Source: Candidatus Algichlamydia australiensis
GTDB lineage: Bacteria > Chlamydiota > Chlamydiia > Chlamydiales > JAJFMI01
NCBI GenBank assembly: GCA_033977065.1
Contig: JAXCHI010000004.1
Span: 288,001-352,000, forward strand
DNA: 64,000 nt
Reading direction: 5' to 3'
Shown here one piece after another: positions 1 to 9,602 of the stretch (position 1 is the stretch's first letter; each line of letters begins with the position of its first letter). Both the position numbers and the translations under genes were made by a program. The notes under the pieces were generated by a model. It did not search any database and was not told the DNA's origin. It was given only the letters and a program-made list of their open reading frames with translations.

Positions 1-552
1 GATTATGAAGATCGCAACACCTGTGTCCTCTTTGGTGATGGCGCTTCGGCTGCTATTATTAGCCATGAAGGGGCTGGGTTACAAATTCCTCACATCTGTC
101 TCGGCTCTGACGGCCAGCAAGAAGACCTCATTAAACTTCCTGCTGGTGGTTGCCGCAAAGTTGCCTCCCGTGAGAGCATCGAGTCGCGCGAGCACTTTCT
201 CCGCATGGAGGGAAGAGAGGTATTCAAACACGCTGTGCGCCGTATGGAGCAAGCGGCAAATGAGTGTTTGGAGCATGAAGGACTCACAGATAGCGATGTC
301 AATTGGCTTATCTCACACCAAGCGAATATTCGTATTATAGACGCAATGGCAAAACGTTTTTCTATTCCTGCTGATCGCGTCTATAAAACCGTTCATAAGT
401 ATGGAAATACTTCATCATCTTCAGTGGGGATAGCCCTACATGAGCTCCTGCAAGATGGCGCTGTAAATGAGGGAGATCGTCTCCTTCTCGTCGCTTTTGG
501 TGCGGGATTAACCTGGGGCGCAGCCCTACTTGAAAAGAGGTCAAATGGGTAA
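1..552 (+). CDS. fabH: 3-oxoacyl-ACP synthase III (5' truncated by window edge)
   Basis: Frame 1 from base 1 reads DYEDRNTCVLFGDGA; later HQANIRII, YGNTSSSS and AFGAGLTWGA motifs; followed by fabD-fabG-acpP. Confidence 0.97.
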   Translation, partial: DYEDRNTCVLFGDGASAAIISHEGAGLQIPHICLGSDGQQEDLIKLPAGGCRKVASRESIESREHFLRMEGREVFKHAVRRMEQAANECLEHEGLTDSDVNWLISHQANIRIIDAMAKRFSIPADRVYKTVHKYGNTSSSSVGIALHELLQDGAVNEGDRLLLVAFGAGLTWGAALLEKRSNG

Positions 553-1504
553 GAAAATTGCCTTTATTTTCCCCGGACAGGGAGCGCAGTACCCAGGTAT
601 GGGGCGCGATTTTTATCACCAATTTCCAGAAGTGAAAGAGATGGTGGACCGTGCAGATGAAATTCTCGGTTACTCTCTATCGGAAATGATTTTTGAGGGT
701 TCGTCTGAAGATTTGAAGCAGACACGCTACTCACAGCCCGCGATCTTCATCACAAGTCTTGCTATTCTTAAAGTTATTCAAGATAAGTTCCCAGTACTTG
801 TTCCAAGCTATACTCTCGGGTTGAGTTTAGGAGAGTACACAGCGATGGTTGCAGCAGGCATTCTCCCATTTGAAGAGGGACTAAAGCTTGTTCAAGCGCG
901 AGCAGATGCAATGCAGAAAGCCTCTGAAGCAACACCCGGAACGATGGCAGCAGTGCTCGGATTAGATCCCGATTTAGTCGAAGAAGTTTTAGAGAAGATG
1001 CGTCCTGACAATGCGATCTGGATTGCAAACCTGAACTGTCCCTCACAAGTTGTTATAGCGGGAACAAAAGAAGCTGTTGAAGCTGCTAATGAACCCCTCA
1101 TAGAAAAAGGAGCCAAACGCGTTGTTCCTCTTAACGTCTCTGGAGCTTTTCATACGCCACTTATGCAGCCAGCTGCAGAAGAACTTGGGCAAAAAGTTGA
1201 ATCAGTCACCCTTCATCAAAGTGAAACGCGCCTTCTCATGAATGCGGCGGGTGATTTTGTTGAAGACCTCGATGAAATGCGCAAACTCCTTCTTGAACAG
1301 GTGATGCAGCCCGTTCTTTGGGAAAAGTCGATTCATGCTGTGATGGAGCAGGGGATCGATCTCTTTTTAGAAGTTGGCCCTGGTAAAACTCTTTGTGGTA
1401 TGCTCCGCAAAATCAATAGAGAGCTCAACACTCTCAATGTAGAAAATATCGAAGATCTCGATCGCCTAGAAGAGTATTTAATCTGTACCGTGGAGAAACA
1501 ATGA
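545..1504 (+). CDS. fabD: Malonyl CoA-ACP transacylase
   Basis: FIFPGQGAQ, QPAIF, GLSLGEY, VSGAFHT motifs; ATG at 545 chosen as start. Confidence 0.97.
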   Translation: MGKKIAFIFPGQGAQYPGMGRDFYHQFPEVKEMVDRADEILGYSLSEMIFEGSSEDLKQTRYSQPAIFITSLAILKVIQDKFPVLVPSYTLGLSLGEYTAMVAAGILPFEEGLKLVQARADAMQKASEATPGTMAAVLGLDPDLVEEVLEKMRPDNAIWIANLNCPSQVVIAGTKEAVEAANEPLIEKGAKRVVPLNVSGAFHTPLMQPAAEELGQKVESVTLHQSETRLLMNAAGDFVEDLDEMRKLLLEQVMQPVLWEKSIHAVMEQGIDLFLEVGPGKTLCGMLRKINRELNTLNVENIEDLDRLEEYLICTVEKQ

Positions 1505-2226
1505 AGAGACTTGAAGGAAAACGCGCTCTTGTTACAGGCGGCACCTCTGGAATTGGCAAAGCGATTGCCTTAAAATTTGCAGAAGCTGGTGCTGATGTGA
1601 CAATCTTAGGCACTAATAAAGAGCGTGCAGAAGCGACTCTCAAAGAGCTAAAAGAGATCTCTTCAACTCAAAATTTTTCTGCAAAAATCGTCAACCTTTC
1701 CCAACCCGAAGAGATTCGCGCCCTTGCAAAAGAGATTGAAATTGACATCCTTGTCAACAATGCAGGCATCACTCGGGATAAACTCTTTATGGCGATGAAG
1801 GAGGATGACTGGAATGAAGTGATCAACGTCAACCTCAATGCAATCTACCACCTCACACACGCCTTTATCAGACCTATGTTGAAAAACAAGGGAAAAATCA
1901 TTAACATCTCCTCAGTAAGTGGATTGAGTGGCAACCCGGGACAAGCTAATTATTCAGCTGCAAAAGCTGGTCTGATTGGCATGACACGTACACTCGCTCG
2001 CGAGTTGGGAGGAAAAGGCGTTACAGTCAACTGCATCGCTCCCGGTTTTATCACAACGCCGATGACAGACAAACTTAATGAAGCGCAGCAGCAGGCAATC
2101 CTATCGAGGATCCCGCTTAAACGCTTTGGAAAACCAGAAGAAATTGCCCAAGCAGCCCTTTTCCTTGCGACTGCTGACTACATTACTGGTCAGACACTTG
2201 CAGTAGATGGAGGCATGCTGGCCTAA
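1501..2226 (+). CDS. fabG: 3-oxoacyl-ACP reductase
   Basis: [26 protein letters not shown] motifs; ATGA overlap with fabD. Confidence 0.97.
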   Translation: MKRLEGKRALVTGGTSGIGKAIALKFAEAGADVTILGTNKERAEATLKELKEISSTQNFSAKIVNLSQPEEIRALAKEIEIDILVNNAGITRDKLFMAMKEDDWNEVINVNLNAIYHLTHAFIRPMLKNKGKIINISSVSGLSGNPGQANYSAAKAGLIGMTRTLARELGGKGVTVNCIAPGFITTPMTDKLNEAQQQAILSRIPLKRFGKPEEIAQAALFLATADYITGQTLAVDGGMLA

Positions 2227-2254
2227 GCTATTATTGATAACAAAGGAAAAACCT

Positions 2255-2488
2255 ATGTCCATGGAAAAAGAAGTAATCGACATCGTAGTGGAACAACTTG
2301 GTGTTGAAGAAGCAGAAGTAAACGTTGAAAAGCGTTTTGTTGAAGATCTGAATGCCGACTCACTAGATCTTACAGAGCTGATTATGACTTTTGAAGAGAA
2401 ATTCGGCCTAGAAATTGCTGAAGGTGAAGCTGAGAAGCTGAAGACCGTTGGCGATGTAGTGACCTTCATCGAGTCAAAAAAGGCTTAA
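2255..2488 (+). CDS. acpP: Acyl carrier protein
   Basis: DLNADSLD phosphopantetheine motif; AAGGA upstream of ATG 2255. Confidence 0.97.
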   Translation: MSMEKEVIDIVVEQLGVEEAEVNVEKRFVEDLNADSLDLTELIMTFEEKFGLEIAEGEAEKLKTVGDVVTFIESKKA

Positions 2489-2505
2489 TTTAAATTTTTT
2501 ATTTT

Positions 2506-2540
2506 AAAACCCAAGTACGAGCTGTGCTTGGGTTTTTTTT
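2506..2540 (+). terminator. Rho-independent terminator of the fab operon
   Basis: AAAACCCAAGTAC-GAGCT-GTGCTTGGGTTTT stem running into a T tract. Confidence 0.85.
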
Positions 2541-2543
2541 GAA

Positions 2544-2572
2544 TTGATTTTTTAATATAGTCTTGATAGTAT
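2544..2572 (+). promoter_or_regulatory. Sigma70-type promoter
   Basis: TTGATT-17 nt-TAGTAT with TGn extension; homologous copies at 4145-4173 (TAGTTT-17-TAAAAT) and 5425-5453 (TTGTTT-17-TATAAT). Confidence 0.6.
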
Positions 2573-2595
2573 TGTCCGAAAAATAGGAGAATACT

Positions 2596-4059
2596 ATGGC
2601 GAGCTCGGTTCATTCAATAAGTAATTTAACATCATCTTTCAGAGGTTCTCAAGGACTTTTACCCCTCTCAACTTTGCAGAAAGCTGTGCAAGTGGCACCT
2701 GTAGGAATCAACGCAGGTCTTACCGTATATAACCAACACAAAAGTACTCGGTTCTTTGTTTTTTCTCTACTTACAACGGTTGTCTCTTCACTAACAGTCT
2801 CCTCAAACAATACTTATGCCATTGGCGCTAAATTTACCTTAACAGCTGCAAACATCGCCCTCACAGTCCTTACAAAAAGTTCTCCAGTTAGAAATAAGAA
2901 CCTAATTTCTCAGCAACTACCGCCACGTATCGCAAATACCGCAGAGATTCCAAATACAGCTAGCGGGTCAACTCAATCTACAGAAGTGTTGGCGAGAAAA
3001 CTAGAAGAGTTTTACTCTTTTGAATATGGTGACTCAGGATTCGAATTTGATAGGTGTAAAGCTGAACTCCAAACATTCATCGAAGGCCTCTCACCTAGGA
3101 TGAAATTGGAATATTTTGCGGCAGCTCTTTATGCTCCTAATACTCCTATGATCAAAACAGCAATTGCAATTATTGGATATGAGAACAAAGACACTATTGA
3201 AGTTGATACTTATGGTACTGATATTCTAGCTCCTATTCCTAATAACAGAAGAAATACTCTTTTCACACTTCTGGATTCTATTGCCAGAGGCAATCGGTTT
3301 AACGGACAAGGTGAACAAGTAGACTTTGCTCTTGTTGGTGAACAAGTAGACTTTGCTCTTGTTGAGGATATATTAAAAAGCCTTTTTGAGCTGGAAAAGC
3401 AGAGTGGTCAAAGATATTTTAATAGAAGTTATTGCAGTGTCTCATTGCTTGAAAAACTGAATGGTTTACCTCCTCAGCTTATTCTTTCCTGTCTTGAGAA
3501 TGAAGATTTGGATCTTTGCAACCCTCAAGATCTATTTCCACAATCAGTTGCAAAGTTATTAGCTTATCTTCTTTCTCAAACGAGAGGAAATGTGGCTGAA
3601 GAGGTCACTAATCTCTATTCGTGTATAGAAAAATTCATTCAATTAGGCCTTGTTGAGTTTCTTTCTAAACAACAGCATGATAGCAGAGCGGTAATGGAGG
3701 GGTTAGATTCTGTATTTTACGCAACAAATGCTTCGTTAACCGCTTTGGATACTCAAAGTTTTGAAAAAATTATTTTGGAACTTCTTGATCTAGCTAAGTT
3801 TAATAAAGATTATTGTCATAATTTTATGTTGAACTCTCTTCGATACAAAAAAGAAAACATTATAAAAGAAATTTTTAATCAAGAACCAGATAGTGTTTTT
3901 GGATTAGATATAAAATATTATATTGAGCAACTAGAAGATACTCCTCTTAAGGCAACTATGCTTGAGCACTGGGAAAAGGGTACCGATGATCAGAAGAAAC
4001 TAGAGAAGGGTTTTCTAGGTGGTTGGGCTGATGATTCGGATGGTGATTCGGATATGTAA
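2596..4059 (+). CDS. Hypothetical protein, tandem family 1 (N-terminal bilobed hydrophobic module, Inc/effector-like)
   Basis: 487-aa ORF with AGGAG RBS; N-terminus and C-terminal HWEKGTD motif shared with next ORF. Confidence 0.8.
   Translation: MASSVHSISNLTSSFRGSQGLLPLSTLQKAVQVAPVGINAGLTVYNQHKSTRFFVFSLLTTVVSSLTVSSNNTYAIGAKFTLTAANIALTVLTKSSPVRNKNLISQQLPPRIANTAEIPNTASGSTQSTEVLARKLEEFYSFEYGDSGFEFDRCKAELQTFIEGLSPRMKLEYFAAALYAPNTPMIKTAIAIIGYENKDTIEVDTYGTDILAPIPNNRRNTLFTLLDSIARGNRFNGQGEQVDFALVGEQVDFALVEDILKSLFELEKQSGQRYFNRSYCSVSLLEKLNGLPPQLILSCLENEDLDLCNPQDLFPQSVAKLLAYLLSQTRGNVAEEVTNLYSCIEKFIQLGLVEFLSKQQHDSRAVMEGLDSVFYATNASLTALDTQSFEKIILELLDLAKFNKDYCHNFMLNSLRYKKENIIKEIFNQEPDSVFGLDIKYYIEQLEDTPLKATMLEHWEKGTDDQKKLEKGFLGGWADDSDGDSDM
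3310..3363 (+). repeat. Perfect 27-bp in-frame tandem duplication
   Basis: GGTGAACAAGTAGACTTTGCTCTTGTT x2 (GEQVDFALV x2). Confidence 0.95.
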
Positions 4060-4105
4060 AAATCCCTCTTTCCATATGAGGAGAAAGGAGGTAACAACTT
4101 AATTT
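4060..4105 (-). repeat. Degenerate arm of palindromic element family A
   Basis: AAATCCCTCTTTCCATA...GGAGAAAGGAGGTAACAACTTAATT resembles 51662-51705. Confidence 0.55.
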
Positions 4106-4196
4106 TTAAAATCTGAGTGCAAGCCGTGCTTGAGTTTTTTTAGGTAGTTTTTTTAATAGAATCCTGATAAAATCATTTGCTAGACAGGAGAATACC

Positions 4197-5282
4197 ATGT
4201 TAAATCCGCTAAAGTTAACAAATGATTTTACTCCAGCCCTTAAAAAGCCTTTGGAGTCTTTTTTTCCAACTTTTCTCAAGACAGCTAAAGTGGCACCGCT
4301 TGTAATCAACATAGGCTTTACAGGTCTTAACTTGTGTAGTCAAAGTAAGCAAATTTTCGCGTTCTCTTTAGCTACAACTCTCTTTTCCTCATATGCCATA
4401 ACATCAAAAAACACTTACGTAAATGCGGCAGCAGTTACTCTCACAATTGTGAATCTTGCTCTTTCCTGTTTTCCAAAATCTTTCGGGGTAAGTCACCAGC
4501 CACCAAAAAATAGGCAAATAGAAGATCAGCAAACTGAAAACCAAATGAGAACAACAGAAGGGTGGTTTGCTGATATTGAGGAATTTATGCCCAAAGGAGA
4601 AAACATAGACGAAGGAAAAGCTGCAAAATTTCAAAAGTTTATCAATCGCCTCAATCCAACAGAGAAGTTAGAATATTTTCTAGCAGCATTGAGTAACGGG
4701 TTTGAAGAAGAAGCAGTAAAAATTCTTGGGGTTGATTGGTTTGGGGATGAAGAGAACGTAGCCGATCTATTTACTCGCCTCTTAGATAAAGCGTATCAAA
4801 GAGAACACAGCCTGGAAGTCATCACTTCTTCTATTAAAACAATATTGGAACAACTGGTTTCTAATAAAGATTCCATTTTCGATATTTTGAAGAATAACGA
4901 AGAGTTTTGTAATAAGTTCCATGGATTGATAGAAGAGCTAGAAATAGATTGTATAGATGGAAGTGGTACACGCAACTTAAGTGCTAAAGAAATAAAAGAA
5001 AATGAAGATTTCGTCATAAGCTCTTTGAATCTCTTTAAATTTAAACAAGAGGATTATAAATTTTCCATTGTTAAAGCTGTTCTAGTGCATAAATGGAGAG
5101 TGCTAGAAAAAATCTTTGAACTTAAGCCAGATTTAGTTTTTGAAAAAGATGTTCTTAATATATTTTTTCACCTTGATGAAGATTCTGAGTTGAGGCAGAA
5201 GGCATTTGCTCATTGGGAAAAGGGTACTGATGAGCAAAAAGAATCGTCGAAAGAAATCATGAATCGCCGTTCTAAAAAATAA
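4197..5282 (+). CDS. Hypothetical protein, tandem family 1
   Basis: 361-aa ORF with AGGAG RBS; KVAPLVIN, KLEYFLAAL and HWEKGTDEQK match the 2596 ORF. Confidence 0.8.
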   Translation: MLNPLKLTNDFTPALKKPLESFFPTFLKTAKVAPLVINIGFTGLNLCSQSKQIFAFSLATTLFSSYAITSKNTYVNAAAVTLTIVNLALSCFPKSFGVSHQPPKNRQIEDQQTENQMRTTEGWFADIEEFMPKGENIDEGKAAKFQKFINRLNPTEKLEYFLAALSNGFEEEAVKILGVDWFGDEENVADLFTRLLDKAYQREHSLEVITSSIKTILEQLVSNKDSIFDILKNNEEFCNKFHGLIEELEIDCIDGSGTRNLSAKEIKENEDFVISSLNLFKFKQEDYKFSIVKAVLVHKWRVLEKIFELKPDLVFEKDVLNIFFHLDEDSELRQKAFAHWEKGTDEQKESSKEIMNRRSKK

Positions 5283-5300
5283 AGTTTTGCTACTCATTTT

Positions 5301-5378
5301 TTAGAGATTGCTGAAGACGAAGCTGAAAAGCTAAAGATCGTTGACGATGTAGTGATCTTCATTAAATAAAAAATGTAA
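5301..5378 (+). pseudogene. Relic of the acpP 3' end
   Basis: Translates LEIAEDEAEKLKIVDDVVIFIK* versus Acp[23 protein letters not shown] (2408 onward). Confidence 0.9.
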
Positions 5379-5475
5379 ACTTATTATTTAAATCTGGAAA
5401 AAGCAATTTTTAGGAGGGTATTTCTTGTTTTTTTAGTATTGTCTTGATATAATATTAATATATTTAAAATTATAT

Positions 5476-6390
5476 ATGATTGATTCAATAAGTTTGGTAA
5501 AAAATTATTTAATTCGTTGGATTCCTTCTCCTACCACACATCTAACATGTGCGGTATTTAAAAAAGTGGCAGAAACATCACCACTAATAATTAATGGTTG
5601 CATCTCCTGTAAAAGCTTAGATAGTAAAAAATTTACTTTTTCACTCTTTTCTACTCTTGTTTCGCCTCTATTTTACTGCAATAACAGCTATGCAAAAGGG
5701 TTTATTCTCCTGCTGACGGTAACGAATCTACTGTTTCATAATTTTTTTACAGGTAGCCAAGCAAAAACAAATTTTGTCTCTAAACCTGCGGTTCCTAAAA
5801 AAAATGAGGGGATAGGACAGGCCGGTGTAGATCAAATAGGCACTGTTGGGGTAGTCAGACTTTCTCGATCAGAAACGAATTCTGTCTCTAAACCCGCGAT
5901 CCTTGAAAAAAATGAGGGGACAGATAAAAATTCAGAACCAAATAAGGGGATAGGACAGGCAGATCCAAAAGATCTTTTCTCTGAGAGTGAGAAAGAAATT
6001 TTGAAACAGATTGATCCGTCACGTTTTGAACAATTTTTTAATGGTGAAATCACCGAGGCTGAGAAGCAAGTAGTTTTCGATTTTAATAGAAAAACAAATA
6101 ATGCTTTATTCAATCGATTTTTAGTTCAACTTTTCAAGTATAGAGATGGGTATCCCTACCAAAATAGTTTCAGCTCAGAGTCAGAACTTCCTACTAATTT
6201 AGATAGTTTGATCTGTTCATACGATCACGACAAATTTGCCACAGAAGAAGAGCGAAAAAGAATCTTTAGCAATACAAGATCCTTTGTAGAGAAATTTATT
6301 CACACTCGACTCAAAGGGCTGGATGACTACGAAGAAGTTATTGCTCAATCAGTAGAGAATGCTGATTGGATGGAACAGCTAATTAAGTGA
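5476..6390 (+). CDS. Hypothetical protein, tandem family 1 (divergent C-terminus)
   Basis: 304-aa ORF; KKVAETSPLIING...FTFSLFSTLVS...NNSYA N-terminal module matches the two upstream ORFs. Confidence 0.75.
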   Translation: MIDSISLVKNYLIRWIPSPTTHLTCAVFKKVAETSPLIINGCISCKSLDSKKFTFSLFSTLVSPLFYCNNSYAKGFILLLTVTNLLFHNFFTGSQAKTNFVSKPAVPKKNEGIGQAGVDQIGTVGVVRLSRSETNSVSKPAILEKNEGTDKNSEPNKGIGQADPKDLFSESEKEILKQIDPSRFEQFFNGEITEAEKQVVFDFNRKTNNALFNRFLVQLFKYRDGYPYQNSFSSESELPTNLDSLICSYDHDKFATEEERKRIFSNTRSFVEKFIHTRLKGLDDYEEVIAQSVENADWMEQLIK

Positions 6391-6917
6391 TCATTGACAA
6401 GGCCAACAGCCTGCATAAATGAGTAAATTATAGTGGGTCCAACAAAGGCCATACCGCGCTTCTGTAAATCTTTTGCTATCGCAGTGCTAATGTCTGTTTT
6501 GCAAGGGACATCTTGAGAGTTTTTCCACTTATTGACAATAGGTTTATAGTCGACATACTTCCATAGATAAGAATCAAATGAGCCAAACTCTTTCTGAATT
6601 TTAAGAAAAATTTGTGCGTTTTGGCGAGCACTAAAGATCTTTCGTCTATTGCGAATAATTGCAGGATTTAAGATGAGGTTCTCAAGATCTTGATCAGACA
6701 TTTTTGCTACAGTTTCTGGATCAAAGTTATGAAAGTGTTTCCGGTAAGCTTCTCGTCTTTTCAGTATGAGTTCCCAGTTTAAACCTGCTTGAGCGCCTTC
6801 TAAAACTAGCATTTCAAAAAGGTGTCTGTCATCGTGAACAGGGATACCCCACTCTTCATCGTGGTACTTGGCGTACAATTCTTTTCCGGGGCCATCCCCA
6901 AAGCATCGTTTTTTCAT
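6345..6917 (-). CDS. tag: DNA-3-methyladenine glycosylase I
   Basis: KRC, YHDEEWG, LEGAQAGLNW, IIRNRRKI, FVGPTI, GLVNDH motifs. Confidence 0.95.
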   Translation of the reverse strand: MKKRCFGDGPGKELYAKYHDEEWGIPVHDDRHLFEMLVLEGAQAGLNWELILKRREAYRKHFHNFDPETVAKMSDQDLENLILNPAIIRNRRKIFSARQNAQIFLKIQKEFGSFDSYLWKYVDYKPIVNKWKNSQDVPCKTDISTAIAKDLQKRGMAFVGPTIIYSFMQAVGLVNDHLISCSIQSAFSTD

Positions 6918-7969
6918 CCTTTAACTTCTATCCAGAGTTTACGGCTCTCTTCTTCAGGCATAAGGTTTTGTATAAAGTGGAATTTTTTCCCATTCCGTTT
7001 GTCAAGCTCACTCATCAACCAGTGGTAGCGATCAGAGAACTCTAAGTCCTCAACGATCGTCTCTGTAGGCGGAAGGTTACACCACGTGTTGCACTGATTG
7101 ATGAGATTCTCTTTTTCATAAAGATGGTTTATGAAAGCGTAGGTAAGCTCTTCCTTGTCACTTTTTTGTGGTAAGGCAAGACTCTCTATTGAGGTAAAGA
7201 TGGGACCTTCAGGAAGGACAAAGTCGACATGGGGAGCATCTTTTTCCATACGCCAAAGGTAGTAGTGTTGGGCAAGGGCAAGAGAGCAGTTGCGTGTTGC
7301 TAGGAGATAGTCGGCTCGCACTTCTACGTAAGCCTCCACAAACTCTTTTTGCGAGAGAAGAACTTCTTTGACTTCGGCTATTTGGTGCGGAGTCAGAGAT
7401 TTTACTGGCCCATAGAGGTAGAAGGCGGCAAAATTAATCGCTTCGATGGGATCGTTGAGCATTACAATTCGCTTCTCGGAGTTAAAAATTTGGTCGTAGG
7501 TAAGGTGGGGCAGTGGAAGATCTTCTTTGTTAATTCCAAAACCGTAGACAACCCATTGAAGGGGAATGGAGTAGTTGTTTTCTGGGTCAAAGGCGTGTCC
7601 AAGAAGGCGAGGATTGAGGCTTTTATAAAAAGAGAGTTTACTGCGGTCAATTTCTTTGAGTAAACCCTCTTTTTTTAGAAGCGGTATTGCGTAGTCAGAC
7701 GGGATAATCAGGTCAAAACCTCTTCCTTTTGTCGCCTTCATTTTCGTGAGCATCTCTTCGTTCGAGCCATAGCAGTGAAGACGCACCTTTGCATGATACT
7801 TTTCTTCAAAGGAGTGAATGGTTCGTTCATCGATAGAGTCAGCCCAGCCAAAGATGTGTAGGGTGTTGCTACTATCCCCTTTAAAAAGGAGGATCTTGGG
7901 CCATGAGAGGAGGAGAAAGGAGGCGGCTACCCAGGCAGTGATGGAGAAAAATTTATAAAAACCGCGCAT
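6914..7969 (-). CDS. potD: Spermidine/putrescine ABC transporter substrate-binding protein
   Basis: SNEEM, DLIIPSDY, FDPENNYSIP motifs; last gene of the pot operon. Confidence 0.9.
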   Translation of the reverse strand: MRGFYKFFSITAWVAASFLLLSWPKILLFKGDSSNTLHIFGWADSIDERTIHSFEEKYHAKVRLHCYGSNEEMLTKMKATKGRGFDLIIPSDYAIPLLKKEGLLKEIDRSKLSFYKSLNPRLLGHAFDPENNYSIPLQWVVYGFGINKEDLPLPHLTYDQIFNSEKRIVMLNDPIEAINFAAFYLYGPVKSLTPHQIAEVKEVLLSQKEFVEAYVEVRADYLLATRNCSLALAQHYYLWRMEKDAPHVDFVLPEGPIFTSIESLALPQKSDKEELTYAFINHLYEKENLINQCNTWCNLPPTETIVEDLEFSDRYHWLMSELDKRNGKKFHFIQNLMPEEESRKLWIEVKG

Positions 7970-8745
7970 CAGTAGATCCTCGTTCGTATTTTTGGAGAGA
8001 AGAAGAGAAGCACAAGGAGGGAACTAAGAAGCAGCAGAAGGGTAGAGAGGGCGTTTACAACGGGTGAGATGCCTTGGCGGATCATACTGAGAAGATAGAG
8101 AGAGAGCGTTTGTATAGAATTACCAGCACAAAAATAGGAGAGGATAAAGTCATCGAATGAGATGACAAAGACAAGCAGTCCAGTAGCGATAAGAGAGGGA
8201 CGTAAAAGGGGTAAAGTAATTTTGAAAAAGGTTGTCCAAGGAGTAGCACCGAGATCAAGTGAAGCCTCTTTTAGCTTGGGATCAAGATCGCTATAGCGAG
8301 TGTAGAGGATGGGGATAGCAAAGCCGAGTCCTAAGATTGTATGAGAGACGATGAGTGTGGGCATGCCGAAAGGGATATCAAGCAGAGAGAAGTAGCTAAG
8401 GAGACTAACAGCAAGAACGGTCTCTGGAACGATGAGTGAGCCAAAAAAGAGGGGGAGAAGGCGTCTCCCTTTCTTACTCCCACTATCCAAAAAATAGATC
8501 AGCAGTGTGCTTAAAAAAAGACTTAAAAGAGTGGTGATACTAGCAATTTTTAGAGAATTAAAAAATGATTCCCAAAGGTCGTAGGAGCGGAAAAGTTCAC
8601 GGTACCAGTTCAGTGTAAAGCCGTGCCAAGGTGCTGGAAAAGTTTTTGTGTTAAATGAGAAGGCCACAAGCACCAAGATAGGGAGATAGAGGAAGAGAAA
8701 TGTTCCGAAAACATGGAGTTTGTGAAGCGCCTTTTTCCTGATCAT
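7969..8745 (-). CDS. potC: Spermidine/putrescine ABC transporter permease
   Basis: FLYLPILVLVAFSFN, EASLDLGA, SFDDF. Confidence 0.92.
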   Translation of the reverse strand: MIRKKALHKLHVFGTFLFLYLPILVLVAFSFNTKTFPAPWHGFTLNWYRELFRSYDLWESFFNSLKIASITTLLSLFLSTLLIYFLDSGSKKGRRLLPLFFGSLIVPETVLAVSLLSYFSLLDIPFGMPTLIVSHTILGLGFAIPILYTRYSDLDPKLKEASLDLGATPWTTFFKITLPLLRPSLIATGLLVFVISFDDFILSYFCAGNSIQTLSLYLLSMIRQGISPVVNALSTLLLLLSSLLVLLFFSPKIRTRIY

Positions 8746-9599
8746 CGCAACCTCACAATAGTTTTATTGATTTTTTTAAAGAGGATATAAAATCCGCCAG
8801 AGAAGAGAAGAAGAATAATCGAGCTGACAACAGTGAAAGCAGCACCCATTCCTTCAGTATGTTCTCCTAGAATATATTGTGAGATGACGTTGCCAACAAA
8901 GTAAATGCGGTCGCCTCCCATAAGTTCAGGGATCACAAACTCACCAAAGGCAGGAATAAAGACGAGGAAAAAGCCGGTGCGGATGGCGGGAAGCGAGAGG
9001 GGAAGCATGATGCTGCGAAAAGTTTGTTGAGGGGTAGCGCCAAGGTCAAGGGAAGCTTCGATAAGTTTACTGTCGAAGCGCTCTAAGCTAGCGTAGATGG
9101 GAAGGACCATAAAGGGGAGATAGTAGTAAACCATCATGAGCATGGTTGCAAAAGGAGAGTTGAGCAGGTGAAGGGGTTCAGAAGTGATCCCCAAATTTAG
9201 TAAGAGGTTGTTGAGAAACCCTTGACGTTCAAGAACAAAAAACCAGGCGTAGATGTGAAGCAAAAAGTTGGTCCAAAAGGGAACAATCAACATGAAGAGA
9301 AGGAGGCTTTTGATTTTTTTGGCGTAGAAAGCCATATAGTGGGCAAGGGGATAGGCGATGATTAAAGAGATCCCGGCTGTTAGAGTGGCAATGCCAAGCG
9401 AGTTCCCAATAATTTTAAAATAGACAGGTGAGAGAACGGCAGAAAAATGGCTGAGAGTGAGCCCAGCAAAATAGCCTTCCCCAGATAAGCTCATAACACT
9501 AGAAAGAATCAAAAGAAAAAGAGGAATGTAGAAGAAAAGAATTTGCCAGATAAAGGCGCCTGAACCGAGGCCGAATGGAAGAGTGCTGCTTTTTTCCAT
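8742..9599 (-). CDS. potB: Spermidine/putrescine ABC transporter permease
   Basis: PFWTN, YLPFMVLPIY, EASLDLGA. Confidence 0.92.
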   Translation of the reverse strand: MEKSSTLPFGLGSGAFIWQILFFYIPLFLLILSSVMSLSGEGYFAGLTLSHFSAVLSPVYFKIIGNSLGIATLTAGISLIIAYPLAHYMAFYAKKIKSLLLFMLIVPFWTNFLLHIYAWFFVLERQGFLNNLLLNLGITSEPLHLLNSPFATMLMMVYYYLPFMVLPIYASLERFDSKLIEASLDLGATPQQTFRSIMLPLSLPAIRTGFFLVFIPAFGEFVIPELMGGDRIYFVGNVISQYILGEHTEGMGAAFTVVSSIILLLFSGGFYILFKKINKTIVRLR

Positions 9600-9602
9600 G
9601 CC

